Positions 54,517-64,000 of a stretch of 64,000 bases of DNA are shown here, piece by piece (position 1 is the first letter of the stretch; the number at the start of each line of letters is the position of its first letter). Source of the stretch: Trypanosoma brucei. Lineage: Eukaryota. The translations under genes were made by a program, and so were the position numbers. Location of the stretch: contig CP000071.1 of assembly GCA_000002445.1 (NCBI GenBank), positions 288,001-352,000 on the forward strand. The letters run 5' to 3'. The notes under the pieces are model-generated. The model saw only the letters and a list, made by a program, of their open reading frames with translations, was not told where the DNA came from and did no database searches.

Positions 54517-57171
54517 TCAGCACTTTCTTTCCACACCACCCAAAAGTTTCCCAATCCGAACCAACAGATCCGCTCGCCGTCCGCTTTCCAGCGCCTCATC
54601 GCCGCAGCCACCGTAAGAACAGTCGCGAATGGTACCCCCAACTGCAGCTGCATGTTCCATACCGGAGCAGTCGCACTGTTCGTTATTATAGCTTCGACTA
54701 GCAAGTTGTCGCCACATTAAGTCACTTTTTGGTAAAGCTGGAGAGACAAAATAGTCCCTTCCGGAGGGTAACAGCGATCCACAGTGAAGCGAAGGTCCCA
54801 ACGGCGCTCTCCACGCATCTTTCACTTCGTCGTGCACAACCTGCGGCGCTGCCTCGGGTTGTGTTGGCTCATAAATTGAAGGAGGGTGGTGATACGATGG
54901 CGTTCTGGCGAAGCGATAATCATAGGGAGCGGCACGGGAGCTGCCCAACCCAGTTGAGTAGCAGCACCGAGCTGCTGAAGAAGATGAAGAAACCGGCACT
55001 GAAGAGGTAGCAAAGCCCCACGGCGCGTTGCACGAGACCCTTTGTTCCATTGGCATCTGCCATGGTCCTTGCCCAGACTCCTTGCGAGGAAATGCAAGTG
55101 ACGTCCCCGTTTTAGAGGGGACCAGGGGACGAGTCATGTCGCCGCATGTCGGTTCCCATGTCTCAACATGAGCTGCGTTAGGAACCGACGGGGCGCAGAG
55201 GTGGTACACAGGGCCACGACGATGGCGGCCGTTACCATTCAGATCCCCACATCCGCCGTTGTTGCTTGCACAAACAGGGGTATAGTCAACAGCTGAAGAT
55301 GCCCTGGTGCACAAAGATGCGGTTCGATGGGAGCACCCGTCTCTTTTAGGTCCCACTGCCGCTGCTTTTGGGTTCCCTGGCCGTTTCGAAGCCTCTCGAG
55401 TGCGACTACAGCGAGATGAACTTGCGCAGGTACCAGGGTTGCGCTCCATCATTGCCTTTCCACCATGACCTTCCCCACCCGCAGTTTTTAAAGTAGACAC
55501 CTCCGCCAGGTGCCGTGATCTGCCGTTGCGAAGGTAAAAAGCCGCCATGCGCTCTGCGTCAACGGAAGCACCGCGTGTCTGTCCCCTTGGTGCCCTAGAT
55601 CCACTCCCACCTCCTTCTGTAGGTGCGTACGGGTCAACATAAGTTCGAGCCGGCTCAGCCACATGGATAGCAGCGGTGGCGCGACTTGGCTTTTTCCCTA
55701 TGTGATTCGAACAGCAGCTACGCAAAGACTCACGTTCTGCGCAGCGGTTAACGTCAGTGCCAACTGCGGCGGCAGAGCCAGTAGTGTTATTATCATCAAC
55801 GACAGCGACAGGAGTTACCGTAGTAAGTGTTGGTGGTTTTGCTGCACGCGCCTTGCGAACAGATGCCCCACGCCGCCTCGGTACGGCACTGCATCCTGAA
55901 ACTTTCAATGCTAACCGACGGCCAACAGTCTTACAGGGGCACCCCTCTTGTCGGCCGTCGTGTTCAAGGCTGCTGCGGAAACTCGAGGGAAAATGGGAGG
56001 GCCCACCAGCGGATGAAACCGACAAGGAGGACGGCTGCCGATGTTCTAAGGCTTTTTTGGTAGTAGCATGCAGTGCAGCTTCGTAGCGGTTACGCAACTC
56101 CAACAATTTAGCCTTCTCTCTGCTCAATGCCTCACCAGAAGCTGAGCCTATCCGAAAAACGTTTTGCCGCTGTACCCCTTCCATCCGAGCCACCTCAGCA
56201 TCGACCAACTTGATTTGACGAAGAAGGCAACGCCGCCGCCTCTCGGTTGCACACGATCTTGCCACAGCAGGTTTCCGCTGCCCGTCCGCTTCCACACATG
56301 TGGCATCCTCACGCTCAGAAACACAGCTTACTACTCTCTCAACGTGTTCCATACTGTTGGGCCTCTCCGGGGTGTTTGCGCAACTCCATAACCTTCTGTT
56401 GCTGTCACCGGAATGGGTGCCGACTTCGTCAAGAGAATCATCGGAACTAACGGTGTTACTACCATCACGCACCGCTGCTTCTGCTGCACCCGGTGGCGGC
56501 GCAGAACTAACTACTGTCAAATTTACGTCGTTGCCGCCACTGGCTGTTTTGAGGGGTGACATGAAAATAACTGCGGGTGGCAGTTGTGGAGGGTGGCACT
56601 TATTGAAACCACTATCATTGTCCCCGGAATCACCAATGCCGCCGTGGTTCAATTCATCCTTGCTTGACCCAACGGCTCTCTCCTCGGGTGGGCAGCTCTG
56701 CTTTGTAGGAGCTACACCATGGTTTGAAGAATCACATCTCCCTGTCGCCTGGGACACTGACGCCTGCAGTGGTGGCTTTAGTGCCGAGGAGTGTTTTGCA
56801 CGACTGTTAGTTTGGCGTCCATTGACATCCCCGCCTGCTGTGCAGCTAACGGAAAAAGGCAACACTTTCCGCACGCCGCACAGAACGGACTCGCCGCCAC
56901 ACTTCCCTTCCACCGCCGGCTGCTGTTGGATTTGTTGTTCTGGACTCCCCGCCAAGTTATGGGTTCCGCGGATAGTATCCCCTATATCTTTCCAATCATC
57001 TGCAGGAGGGTCAGTGTTCCATAGTGACGATGATGATGAAAGCGAACACATTCCGGAAAGCGCTGTGGAACGAGGGGGTGAGGCGCTTACCGTTGCAACG
57101 TTTGTAAACGTGGATCGGGCGCATGTGGTCACCGTGCTACTCGGCTGAGAAAGGACAGTAACACTGTGCAT
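54517..57171 (-). CDS. Hypothetical Ser/Ala/Gly/Pro/Arg-rich low-complexity protein, 884 aa
   Basis: A long ORF in the sense orientation of the transcription unit, with no catalytic motifs. It is probably a disordered protein. Confidence 0.55.
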   Translation of the reverse strand: MHSVTVLSQPSSTVTTCARSTFTNVATVSASPPRSTALSGMCSLSSSSSLWNTDPPADDWKDIGDTIRGTHNLAGSPEQQIQQQPAVEGKCGGESVLCGVRKVLPFSVSCTAGGDVNGRQTNSRAKHSSALKPPLQASVSQATGRCDSSNHGVAPTKQSCPPEERAVGSSKDELNHGGIGDSGDNDSGFNKCHPPQLPPAVIFMSPLKTASGGNDVNLTVVSSAPPPGAAEAAVRDGSNTVSSDDSLDEVGTHSGDSNRRLWSCANTPERPNSMEHVERVVSCVSEREDATCVEADGQRKPAVARSCATERRRRCLLRQIKLVDAEVARMEGVQRQNVFRIGSASGEALSREKAKLLELRNRYEAALHATTKKALEHRQPSSLSVSSAGGPSHFPSSFRSSLEHDGRQEGCPCKTVGRRLALKVSGCSAVPRRRGASVRKARAAKPPTLTTVTPVAVVDDNNTTGSAAAVGTDVNRCAERESLRSCCSNHIGKKPSRATAAIHVAEPARTYVDPYAPTEGGGSGSRAPRGQTRGASVDAERMAAFYLRNGRSRHLAEVSTLKTAGGEGHGGKAMMERNPGTCASSSRCSRTREASKRPGNPKAAAVGPKRDGCSHRTASLCTRASSAVDYTPVCASNNGGCGDLNGNGRHRRGPVYHLCAPSVPNAAHVETWEPTCGDMTRPLVPSKTGTSLAFPRKESGQGPWQMPMEQRVSCNAPWGFATSSVPVSSSSSAARCCYSTGLGSSRAAPYDYRFARTPSYHHPPSIYEPTQPEAAPQVVHDEVKDAWRAPLGPSLHCGSLLPSGRDYFVSPALPKSDLMWRQLASRSYNNEQCDCSGMEHAAAVGGTIRDCSYGGCGDEALESGRRADLLVRIGKLLGGVERKC

Positions 57172-57566
57172 CCTTCTACGATCAGCTTCTTACTTTACGG
57201 AAGGTCAACAAATTTGTGAGGATAAGGCATCAGGCGGAGCCAAACTGGTGCAGCACAGGGACAGAAAGAAAACAGCGCTTGCAGTGGGAAATTATCACTA
57301 CACACGAAACATTAATCTCTTTGCAACCACGCCGCTCAGACGAAGCAGCTTCAGGTGCGACTGGACAATCTCGCCCTCGTAACGAGTCGTAGGAAGTTCT
57401 ATTTGACCTACGAAGCACACATACACGCAGAGAGGACGGTACGCTCAGTCCCACCACCTTTTTGCAGAAGTCGAGTCAGCAGTAGATTGCGCCGAACAGA
57501 GAATTTTTACACATGGAAATAGGAAAATAGCCACTTATTTCTTTCTATGCAACCGAACTCGTCCCC

Positions 57567-57597
57567 CACCACTACCACCACCACCACCACCCCCCCT
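57567..57597. repeat. (CCA)n / C-rich microsatellite in the spacer
   Basis: The run caccactaccaccaccaccaccacccccccc is seen directly. Confidence 0.85.
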
Positions 57598-57869
57598 GCG
57601 CCTGCAGTCTCTGATCTATTTTTCCTCACCCTCATCCACACAAATTCGACACTTCCTTATTCACATGCCGACTGTAGACTCAGCATCTAACGGATTCCCT
57701 CCCAATCCTCTGCACATTTCACTGCCAACTCCACTCTTTCCGCATTGGCAAACATGCACTTGAAGGAGGAAGAGGGGAAAGGGGTACAAATATACATACA
57801 CGCACCAAAGCTCTACCAGCTGTAATCAACAAAACCCCTCATCCATAGCTCACTATACGACTTCGCTCC

Positions 57870-58487
57870 CTAATAGAGCGAAGTTTTCTTCATGATGCGA
57901 AGGAACTCCTCCTCACTTACCTCACCGTCACCGTCCCTATCAGCCTCGTCGATCATCTCTTGTATTTCAGAGTCCGTCATGTTTTCGCCCAACTCCTGCG
58001 CGACCCGTTTCAGGTTCTTGAAAGTTATCTTTCCCGTTTTGTCGTCGTCGAATAGGTGAAACGCCTTCAACATCTCCTCACGTGAGTCACGCTCATTCAT
58101 CTTGCGCGCCATCAGATCAACAAACTCGGCAAACCCGATGACGTGGTTGTCCGCACCAGGTGCAGTACCAGGTTTAACAGGTGCCGGGTCACCACGCTCC
58201 TCCATTGTCGACGCGATCAAGCGGCGCACTTCATCCTTCCGTGGTTCAAATCCCAGCGCCCTCATCGCAACCTTCAGTTCCTTCACGTCAATGGTTCCAC
58301 TGCCATCAGTATCGAAGAGATCGAAAGCCTCCTTAATTTCTTGGCGCTGCTCCTCCGTCAGTACGGCAAGGGCGGAGCCGCTCAGACTCATCCCCGGAGC
58401 TATCGAACGGTTCACACTCTGCGCGACGGGGGAATTACCGCCACGGTTGGTGGTGCTCATAGGTGTGTTGGCAGGTGGAGAAATCAA
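57870..58487 (-). CDS. Centrin (caltractin) EF-hand protein, 205 aa, with a ~45-aa Ser/Asn/Pro-rich N-terminal extension
   Basis: Four EF-hand regions are present, including [42 protein letters not shown] and [17 protein letters not shown]. By its position a few genes from PAGM it could be T. brucei centrin-2, but I am not sure enough of that for a symbol. Confidence 0.9.
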   Translation of the reverse strand: MISPPANTPMSTTNRGGNSPVAQSVNRSIAPGMSLSGSALAVLTEEQRQEIKEAFDLFDTDGSGTIDVKELKVAMRALGFEPRKDEVRRLIASTMEERGDPAPVKPGTAPGADNHVIGFAEFVDLMARKMNERDSREEMLKAFHLFDDDKTGKITFKNLKRVAQELGENMTDSEIQEMIDEADRDGDGEVSEEEFLRIMKKTSLY

Positions 58488-59670
58488 TCAACGGCACTGC
58501 AAGTCGAAAAAATTACAATAGAGGAGTATAGTAATGCAAAAGAGCTCTTTCGCGTGGTGGCTTGTCCACCGTTTGCTGCTGAATAAACAAAAGACAAGTT
58601 TAAAGCGAGCAGGTATGCAGAATTGAGCAAAAATACGAGAAAGGCAAAATGGCAGACAGTGAATTCATTTCCCATTTTTTTTCTCTCAGAGAGAAAGAGA
58701 AATGAGGGAGGGAAACACGTCCCTTTCGTTTATAACAACTACACGCAACTGGGGACCACCAACGTATATGGCATCACCATTCTCACAACCAGAGCAGAGG
58801 CTGGAAAAAAGGGCAGAAATAGAAACAGATATAGGGAAGAGCGAAGAAAAAGAAAACATGTAAGGTGCAAAAGGAGGCTAAACGGTTAAAAAGTACGAAC
58901 ACAACAACAACCCACGCAACGACCCAAACCCAGTCTTGTCACACAGCTGCCTGTCAAACAACACATAAGCACGTGCAACGTCTCATCCCCCGGACAAAAA
59001 AAAACAAAAAAGAAAACAAGACAAAGTTTCTCCACGAAGCATTGCGTCAAGGCGTTTTTTACTTGAAACTTCGCTTGTGCACCCTCTCCTTTCCTTTACT
59101 GCCGGTCATTCATTATTCCCCCTCTCTCTCCCCCCCCCTCATCACTCACCTTTCGCTAATGTCCCTGATAGTTGCACACCCGGCAATCAGGAAATAGCTA
59201 ATATCAAATGACCTGATGGGGGGAAGTGGAAGTATATACTTCATAGTTTTCACTCTTACTCGCCATCCCTCGGTTGCCTTAACACTCTCTCCCTTCTCTC
59301 GCTTTCGTTTCCGCCATCCCATCCTATTCCTTCCCCAACACATACAGACACACACACACAAATTATTGCCACATTACCGTTCCACCGACAAATGCAGAAA
59401 AGAAGAAAGAGTGGCTAACAAACACGCCCTCCTTTTCCCCTCTTCACATCCCGACTTTCTCCGTGAGTGTCCCACTCAAGCCACAGTTGCACAAAAAGGC
59501 GGAGATGCCGAGGCTGTGAAAAGGAGAAAAGGAAACGAAGCCCGAATATCAGCAGAAAACAGAAGAAAAACACGAGACGAATCCCACGTGACGCCGTACG
59601 CGCAAAAGGGAAAGGAAAAGGAAAAAAGAAGGAGAGCAAAGTTATGCACGCATACACACACAAACTGACA

Positions 59671-61941
59671 TTAACGTCGGGTCAATGACCGAGCCGTGCG
59701 GACCGAACTGTCGTTCGATGAGCAACTGTCGCCCCTCCTACTCTTGGAGAACTTGTCTTCGTTACTATCTTCACGAGGTCGTTTGTGAGAAACCAACCTA
59801 TCACTTGTGGGAGGGCAGCTGAGAAGCGAAACGTTTTCAAGCATGCGCTCCCTCCTCTGTTTGTGCTCATCTACAACCTGCTGCAACACAAGACGGCCAT
59901 TCGGATCTTGCAAGAGTGACCCATGTGCTTCGATTATGGCCTGTCGCCTCTTCACACTTTCCCCATCCACGTGCAAGATGCGTGACAGCAGCGTTGGGCG
60001 TTGGTCAATGTGCAACGCATCAGGAGAGGAAGAACCCGGCCTACGGTTGGGTTCAAATACCGCTGTTAACGCACGGAATGCATGGGTGAAAGAAGTTGCA
60101 ATGACATTAAAATTACGAAGTGAACTAGCTGCATTATTCTCGGGACATCCCGGGTCCTCCAGTAACACTTGTGGTGGCCCAGATTGCGGTCCTCCTCTCC
60201 CAAGCGAGCTATTGGCTCCATTGGTCATGGGCCGCACTGAAGAAGCACAAACGTCCGTACGTTTAAAGCATCTGCCAGTACCAACAACTGACAAACCGCA
60301 GCGATCATAACGAAAGTACATGCCATAATAACGGAAGAAATCCACAAGAAGGCGGCCTAGTCCACAGTAAAGACGTTGATCCGGAGAGCCTGTGTATATT
60401 GGGTGTTGTTGCAAAAAACTTATTGCCATAAGGGTGAGGGCAAAGGAACCCAAACCGCCATGGTACGGTTCGTCCATTCCACGCTGATGCAAAAAGTATT
60501 TCACGACTACAATCAGCGGCTCTGCCTCGCGATAGTGTTTCAGCAAATCAATGACAATCAACGTGTTCCGCGGCCCGTCTCGTGCGTTGATGCTTATATC
60601 AACATCCAGCAACGAACCACAGTGCTGAAACTTTAGCAGCGGAACTTTTGCCTTAAGAACCAGCTGCGGGTAAGCGGTATTGCAGATGCCGGACAAACTA
60701 ATCTCACGCGCCAGAAGCCTTAGAGCTTCCTCTGTCGGCACATCCACATTGAGGATAGTTATGTCAACATCGGAGAGTGGCAACAGAAGCCCTGTGGCCA
60801 TACTTCCAAACACCACAGGTTCACACTTTGGCCACAGTTGTTTGGCGATGGTGACTACCTCCGCTTCTACTAAGCACCGTATAGCAATTTCAGCCTCAGT
60901 AGGTTGATGAAACTTGACGAAATCACATATCTCCTGGTGAAGAGCGATAGCCGCGTCTTTGGCGTATTCTTTTTGTCCGGTTAGACGACCCACACACCAC
61001 AGAGGCACAGACCGTGTTTCCTCCCCCAAATAGGAGTGCCCAGGGTCGTATCCACCTTGACCTGATGAAACCTCATCTGAGGCTAAAACGCACTTTCCAT
61101 TCTTCAAAGTTACAGTCGCCTGCACTGCGTATCGCGAATCCGCATTTTTTTCGCTGTCTCCCTTAGAAAACCCGAGAAAATCGTCGAGAAATCCCTTTTC
61201 CGCTTCATCAGAGTTCGTGGAAGGTGCGGCAACTGCCGAGCCCACGACCGTAGTTTCCTCACCCCCCTGTTGTTTTAACGAACGATATCCGCGGGTGTCT
61301 TCCTGGGGGACGTACTCCACGTCACTGTCACTTTTACCGTCGTCGGCACCTTGTTTCCTGAGTTCCTCATTCAAAGCCTCTAGTCTTCCCTCATCCCGGT
61401 TCTTAACTGCACTGCTTCCTGTAGTCTTGAGGGTGACCTCATCTCTACTTATCTGCATTTGGGCCTGTCGCTCTCGTAATTTCATTACCAACTCGGCAGC
61501 AATGGGGGGTTCACTAGGCTGATTAGCCGCATTCTCTTCTTGAAGCAGCATCCAATCGGAACTAAAGTCACCCCTCCTCTCCTGGAATTTCGAAAACAAA
61601 CCAACTGACGGGGCAGGTGGGGGAATATCCACTACCTTCGATCTTTTGTTGGTGATCGCGTCACCGGCACGGTTTCTTGTGGAAACTGAGCCACACCGAT
61701 CAACAGCAGCATCGCTTGAGTCAACGGCGACGGGGCTTGTAGGTTTAGCAGGTTCGTCAGCAAGAGCATTTTCTTCAGCATCCTTACCGCAAATGGGAGT
61801 ACGCCCGGGGCGGTTCTTAGAACTGGTAGCCTTATTCCTGGCAGCCCCGCGGGCACGCGCAGTGGGCACATCTTCACTTCCAACGTGAACAGCGGCCGAC
61901 CGATCTTTCATACCGTTGCAGAGACCCCAAAACAAGCGCAA
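59671..61941 (-). CDS. Non-canonical poly(A) polymerase / terminal nucleotidyltransferase of the Cid1/Trf4/TUTase family (Pol-beta superfamily), 756 aa
   Basis: Catalytic motif VVFGSMATGLLLPLSDVDITILNVD (GS…DxD). PAP-associated-domain-like segment LYCGLGRLLVDFFRYYGMYFRYD. Confidence 0.75.
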   Translation of the reverse strand: MRLFWGLCNGMKDRSAAVHVGSEDVPTARARGAARNKATSSKNRPGRTPICGKDAEENALADEPAKPTSPVAVDSSDAAVDRCGSVSTRNRAGDAITNKRSKVVDIPPPAPSVGLFSKFQERRGDFSSDWMLLQEENAANQPSEPPIAAELVMKLRERQAQMQISRDEVTLKTTGSSAVKNRDEGRLEALNEELRKQGADDGKSDSDVEYVPQEDTRGYRSLKQQGGEETTVVGSAVAAPSTNSDEAEKGFLDDFLGFSKGDSEKNADSRYAVQATVTLKNGKCVLASDEVSSGQGGYDPGHSYLGEETRSVPLWCVGRLTGQKEYAKDAAIALHQEICDFVKFHQPTEAEIAIRCLVEAEVVTIAKQLWPKCEPVVFGSMATGLLLPLSDVDITILNVDVPTEEALRLLAREISLSGICNTAYPQLVLKAKVPLLKFQHCGSLLDVDISINARDGPRNTLIVIDLLKHYREAEPLIVVVKYFLHQRGMDEPYHGGLGSFALTLMAISFLQQHPIYTGSPDQRLYCGLGRLLVDFFRYYGMYFRYDRCGLSVVGTGRCFKRTDVCASSVRPMTNGANSSLGRGGPQSGPPQVLLEDPGCPENNAASSLRNFNVIATSFTHAFRALTAVFEPNRRPGSSSPDALHIDQRPTLLSRILHVDGESVKRRQAIIEAHGSLLQDPNGRLVLQQVVDEHKQRRERMLENVSLLSCPPTSDRLVSHKRPREDSNEDKFSKSRRGDSCSSNDSSVRTARSLTRR

Positions 61942-63666
61942 TAAGAATTATTAGAGTGGGCGAGCACAAAAAAATATGCCTGCGAACTTTCGCTTCGCGC
62001 CTTCAGCTGCTAGTTTTTTTTTTTTTTAACCGCTACCCTTTCCTTCCCCGCGCACAACGTCGTCACAGGGCAGTCGTCACTTATTCGAAAACGTTAACAA
62101 CAAACACGCCTACACGCAAGTGTTAGCACCCCACTTTTCCGCTAAAATTCGCCCCACTTTCTTCTACTTCAGTTGGTACCACCATTTAGAGGGAAACGAG
62201 TGGTAAAAGGAACGTGGGGAAGAACAAAAAATTAAGACAAAAAATAATGCGGTAAAGAAGAAAAAGTAGAAAAGATGGTAAAGGGTCAGTTGCCAAAGAC
62301 GCAAAGAACAAATCGCCGAAAAAAAAAACAGCCATGGATATACGCTGAAAGGGAGACGGTATGACAGAACTTAGTAACACAAACACACACTCTCACATCC
62401 TCTCCAAGCAACGAAAAGAAGGAAGGGTGATTTCAACATATATTTATGATCGTAAGAGAAAACAATAGTAGTAGTAATAATAATAATAATAAAAGGGGGG
62501 ATAACAACGGCAAGATAAGACAGTAAGCGAAAAAGTAATATTCACGAAACAAAAAATCAGGGGATTCACGAATGATATAAAAATAACAACATAAAGGGCA
62601 TGCAATTCTGCGGGGAAGAGATAAAAAAAATGAGAAAAATGCGCACGAAGTGTTACTCGAATATCCTACAACAAGGTAACATATGTGATCCAATGTTTCA
62701 ATATTTTATCATTCTTTCTATCTTCTCTCTCTCTTTTTTTTCACTCATCCACCGCTACAATCGGCCCAGATCCTCAATATAATCCCCTTTGATCTACTCC
62801 CGCACACGCTTATTGGGTCCCAATCCGTTGTATGTACACCACAATTTAATTTACACATCCGCAAACAGCATCACAAACAAACAGACTTATCAGCAACCGG
62901 TGGGTAGAAGGAAAGAGGAAAAATGAAGATGGGTATAAGGCGTGCAGTTACGCATGAGAGCAACTGATTCTTTACGACTCCGCCAGCTACCACTCGAATA
63001 ATTGCCGTCCCTGAGTACAAAACAAAAAAAAGAAAGGAAAGGAGGTAAAGAGGGCCCCTCCCCGCCCTCACTCCACTTCCGTGATTTAAAAAAAAAAGGC
63101 AGTGACGGAAGGTGATGAAAAGGCGGCAAAACAGATGTTTAGAACACATTTAAGTAGTAAGAATGAGGCAAGGAGCGAATAATGACAAAATGAAAAAAAT
63201 GAAAGTAAAGAGCGAAGTAACTCGCCTTCCTCCCAGGAGACAAAGTCCCAATACACAGCCGCCCAACAATCAGGCACAACCACCAGAACACAATACGTCG
63301 CTGTTTAAATTTGAAGTCGTTTCACTGAAGAAATATTGAGAAACACAGCGGGTACTTTACCTTTGTTGTGCCTGCTTACTTGCGTTTGTCGAGCCGCTGT
63401 TTCTTTCCAGCCTTTTAAATTATCCACTCCCGCGCTCCTCCTTCGGAGCTGCAGCCTCTCGATTGTGACAACTTCTCACTTAAACCATCGTACAAAGTTA
63501 TCATTACAATATGCTTTATTCACCTTGACTCCTGCTACTGATACACCTCCCCCGTTTCAACTCTTCTTTTCTTTTAAAATATTTTTCTTAGTTTTTCATA
63601 TTTTTGTCATTTTTTTTTCTTTTTTTGACAGTCCCTTACACACAAATCGCTCATACCACTCTCCAG

Positions 63667-64000
63667 TTAGCGGGTGACCAAGAAAGGATGTCTTAACATC
63701 TCTTCACAGTTTGGTCTTTCCTCAGGCCGAATGTGTAGGCACGAATGCAGAAAATCTTCCAATGAAACAAGCAACTGCATGTTTAGTAGACTCTCTATAT
63801 CACATTTGAAGTGATTTGCAGCATTCTCTGATCGATCGCAACGCAGAACGGTGGCCGCGTCGTATCTTCGTTCCTCTTCTCCTTCATGTGCCAACAATTT
63901 AGCAGCACTGTGATGATCATGAACGTCCCTTCCATTAGCCTCAGCGTCATTGCTGTAGCACGCTAACCACCACCGTGCATCACGTACCGCCTCCACAATG
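63667..64000 (-). CDS. Protein kinase, C-terminal end only. The gene continues to the right beyond the window.
   Basis: The terminal sequence EERPNCEEMLRHPFLVTR* resembles kinase subdomain XI (…RP…HPF). The upstream frame stays open to the window edge. Confidence 0.55.
   Translation of the reverse strand, partial: IVEAVRDARWWLACYSNDAEANGRDVHDHHSAAKLLAHEGEEERRYDAATVLRCDRSENAANHFKCDIESLLNMQLLVSLEDFLHSCLHIRPEERPNCEEMLRHPFLVTR

Overview
This window looks like nuclear DNA from a kinetoplastid, most likely an African trypanosome of the Trypanosoma brucei group, not a prokaryote. The direct evidence is 17 long intron-free ORFs that all lie on the minus strand, as expected for part of one polycistronic transcription unit. 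They are separated by AT-rich, homopolymer- and microsatellite-rich spacers with polypyrimidine tracts upstream of each start, which fits SL trans-splicing. The identifiable products are typical eukaryotic housekeeping proteins. Listed in order of decreasing coordinate, which is the direction of transcription, the genes are as follows. There is a protein kinase 3' end (partial) and a Cid1/Trf4-type non-canonical poly(A) polymerase. Next are a centrin, a serine-rich low-complexity protein and a malonyl-CoA decarboxylase-like protein. A 2653-aa giant protein follows, then a PP1 inhibitor-3/Ypi1 homologue. After that come a J-domain membrane protein, a PFK-2/FBPase-2 whose bisphosphatase catalytic His is replaced by Asn, and a second J-domain membrane protein. 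Then come a 260-aa hypothetical protein, an RRM protein that I think is RBP33, and phosphoacetylglucosamine mutase. From memory, the PAGM-RBP33 adjacency matches T. brucei chromosome 8, but I cannot verify that here. The most striking structure is the left third of the window, 1..21624. It is a head-to-tail tandem array of a ~10.43 kb unit present 2+ times. Each unit carries two genes. Gene A encodes a 2197-aa type I transmembrane protein whose ectodomain is built from ~18 tandem ~95-residue Cys-containing modules. Gene B encodes a ~470-aa Ala/Lys/Glu-rich, N-glycosylated, apparently GPI-anchored protein with two internally homologous halves. The A copies are >99.9% identical. The two complete B copies share their first 73 codons, their last 3 codons and both UTRs exactly, but carry a different ~1.2 kb central cassette. 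I did not recognise any rRNA, tRNA, CRISPR array or transposable element.
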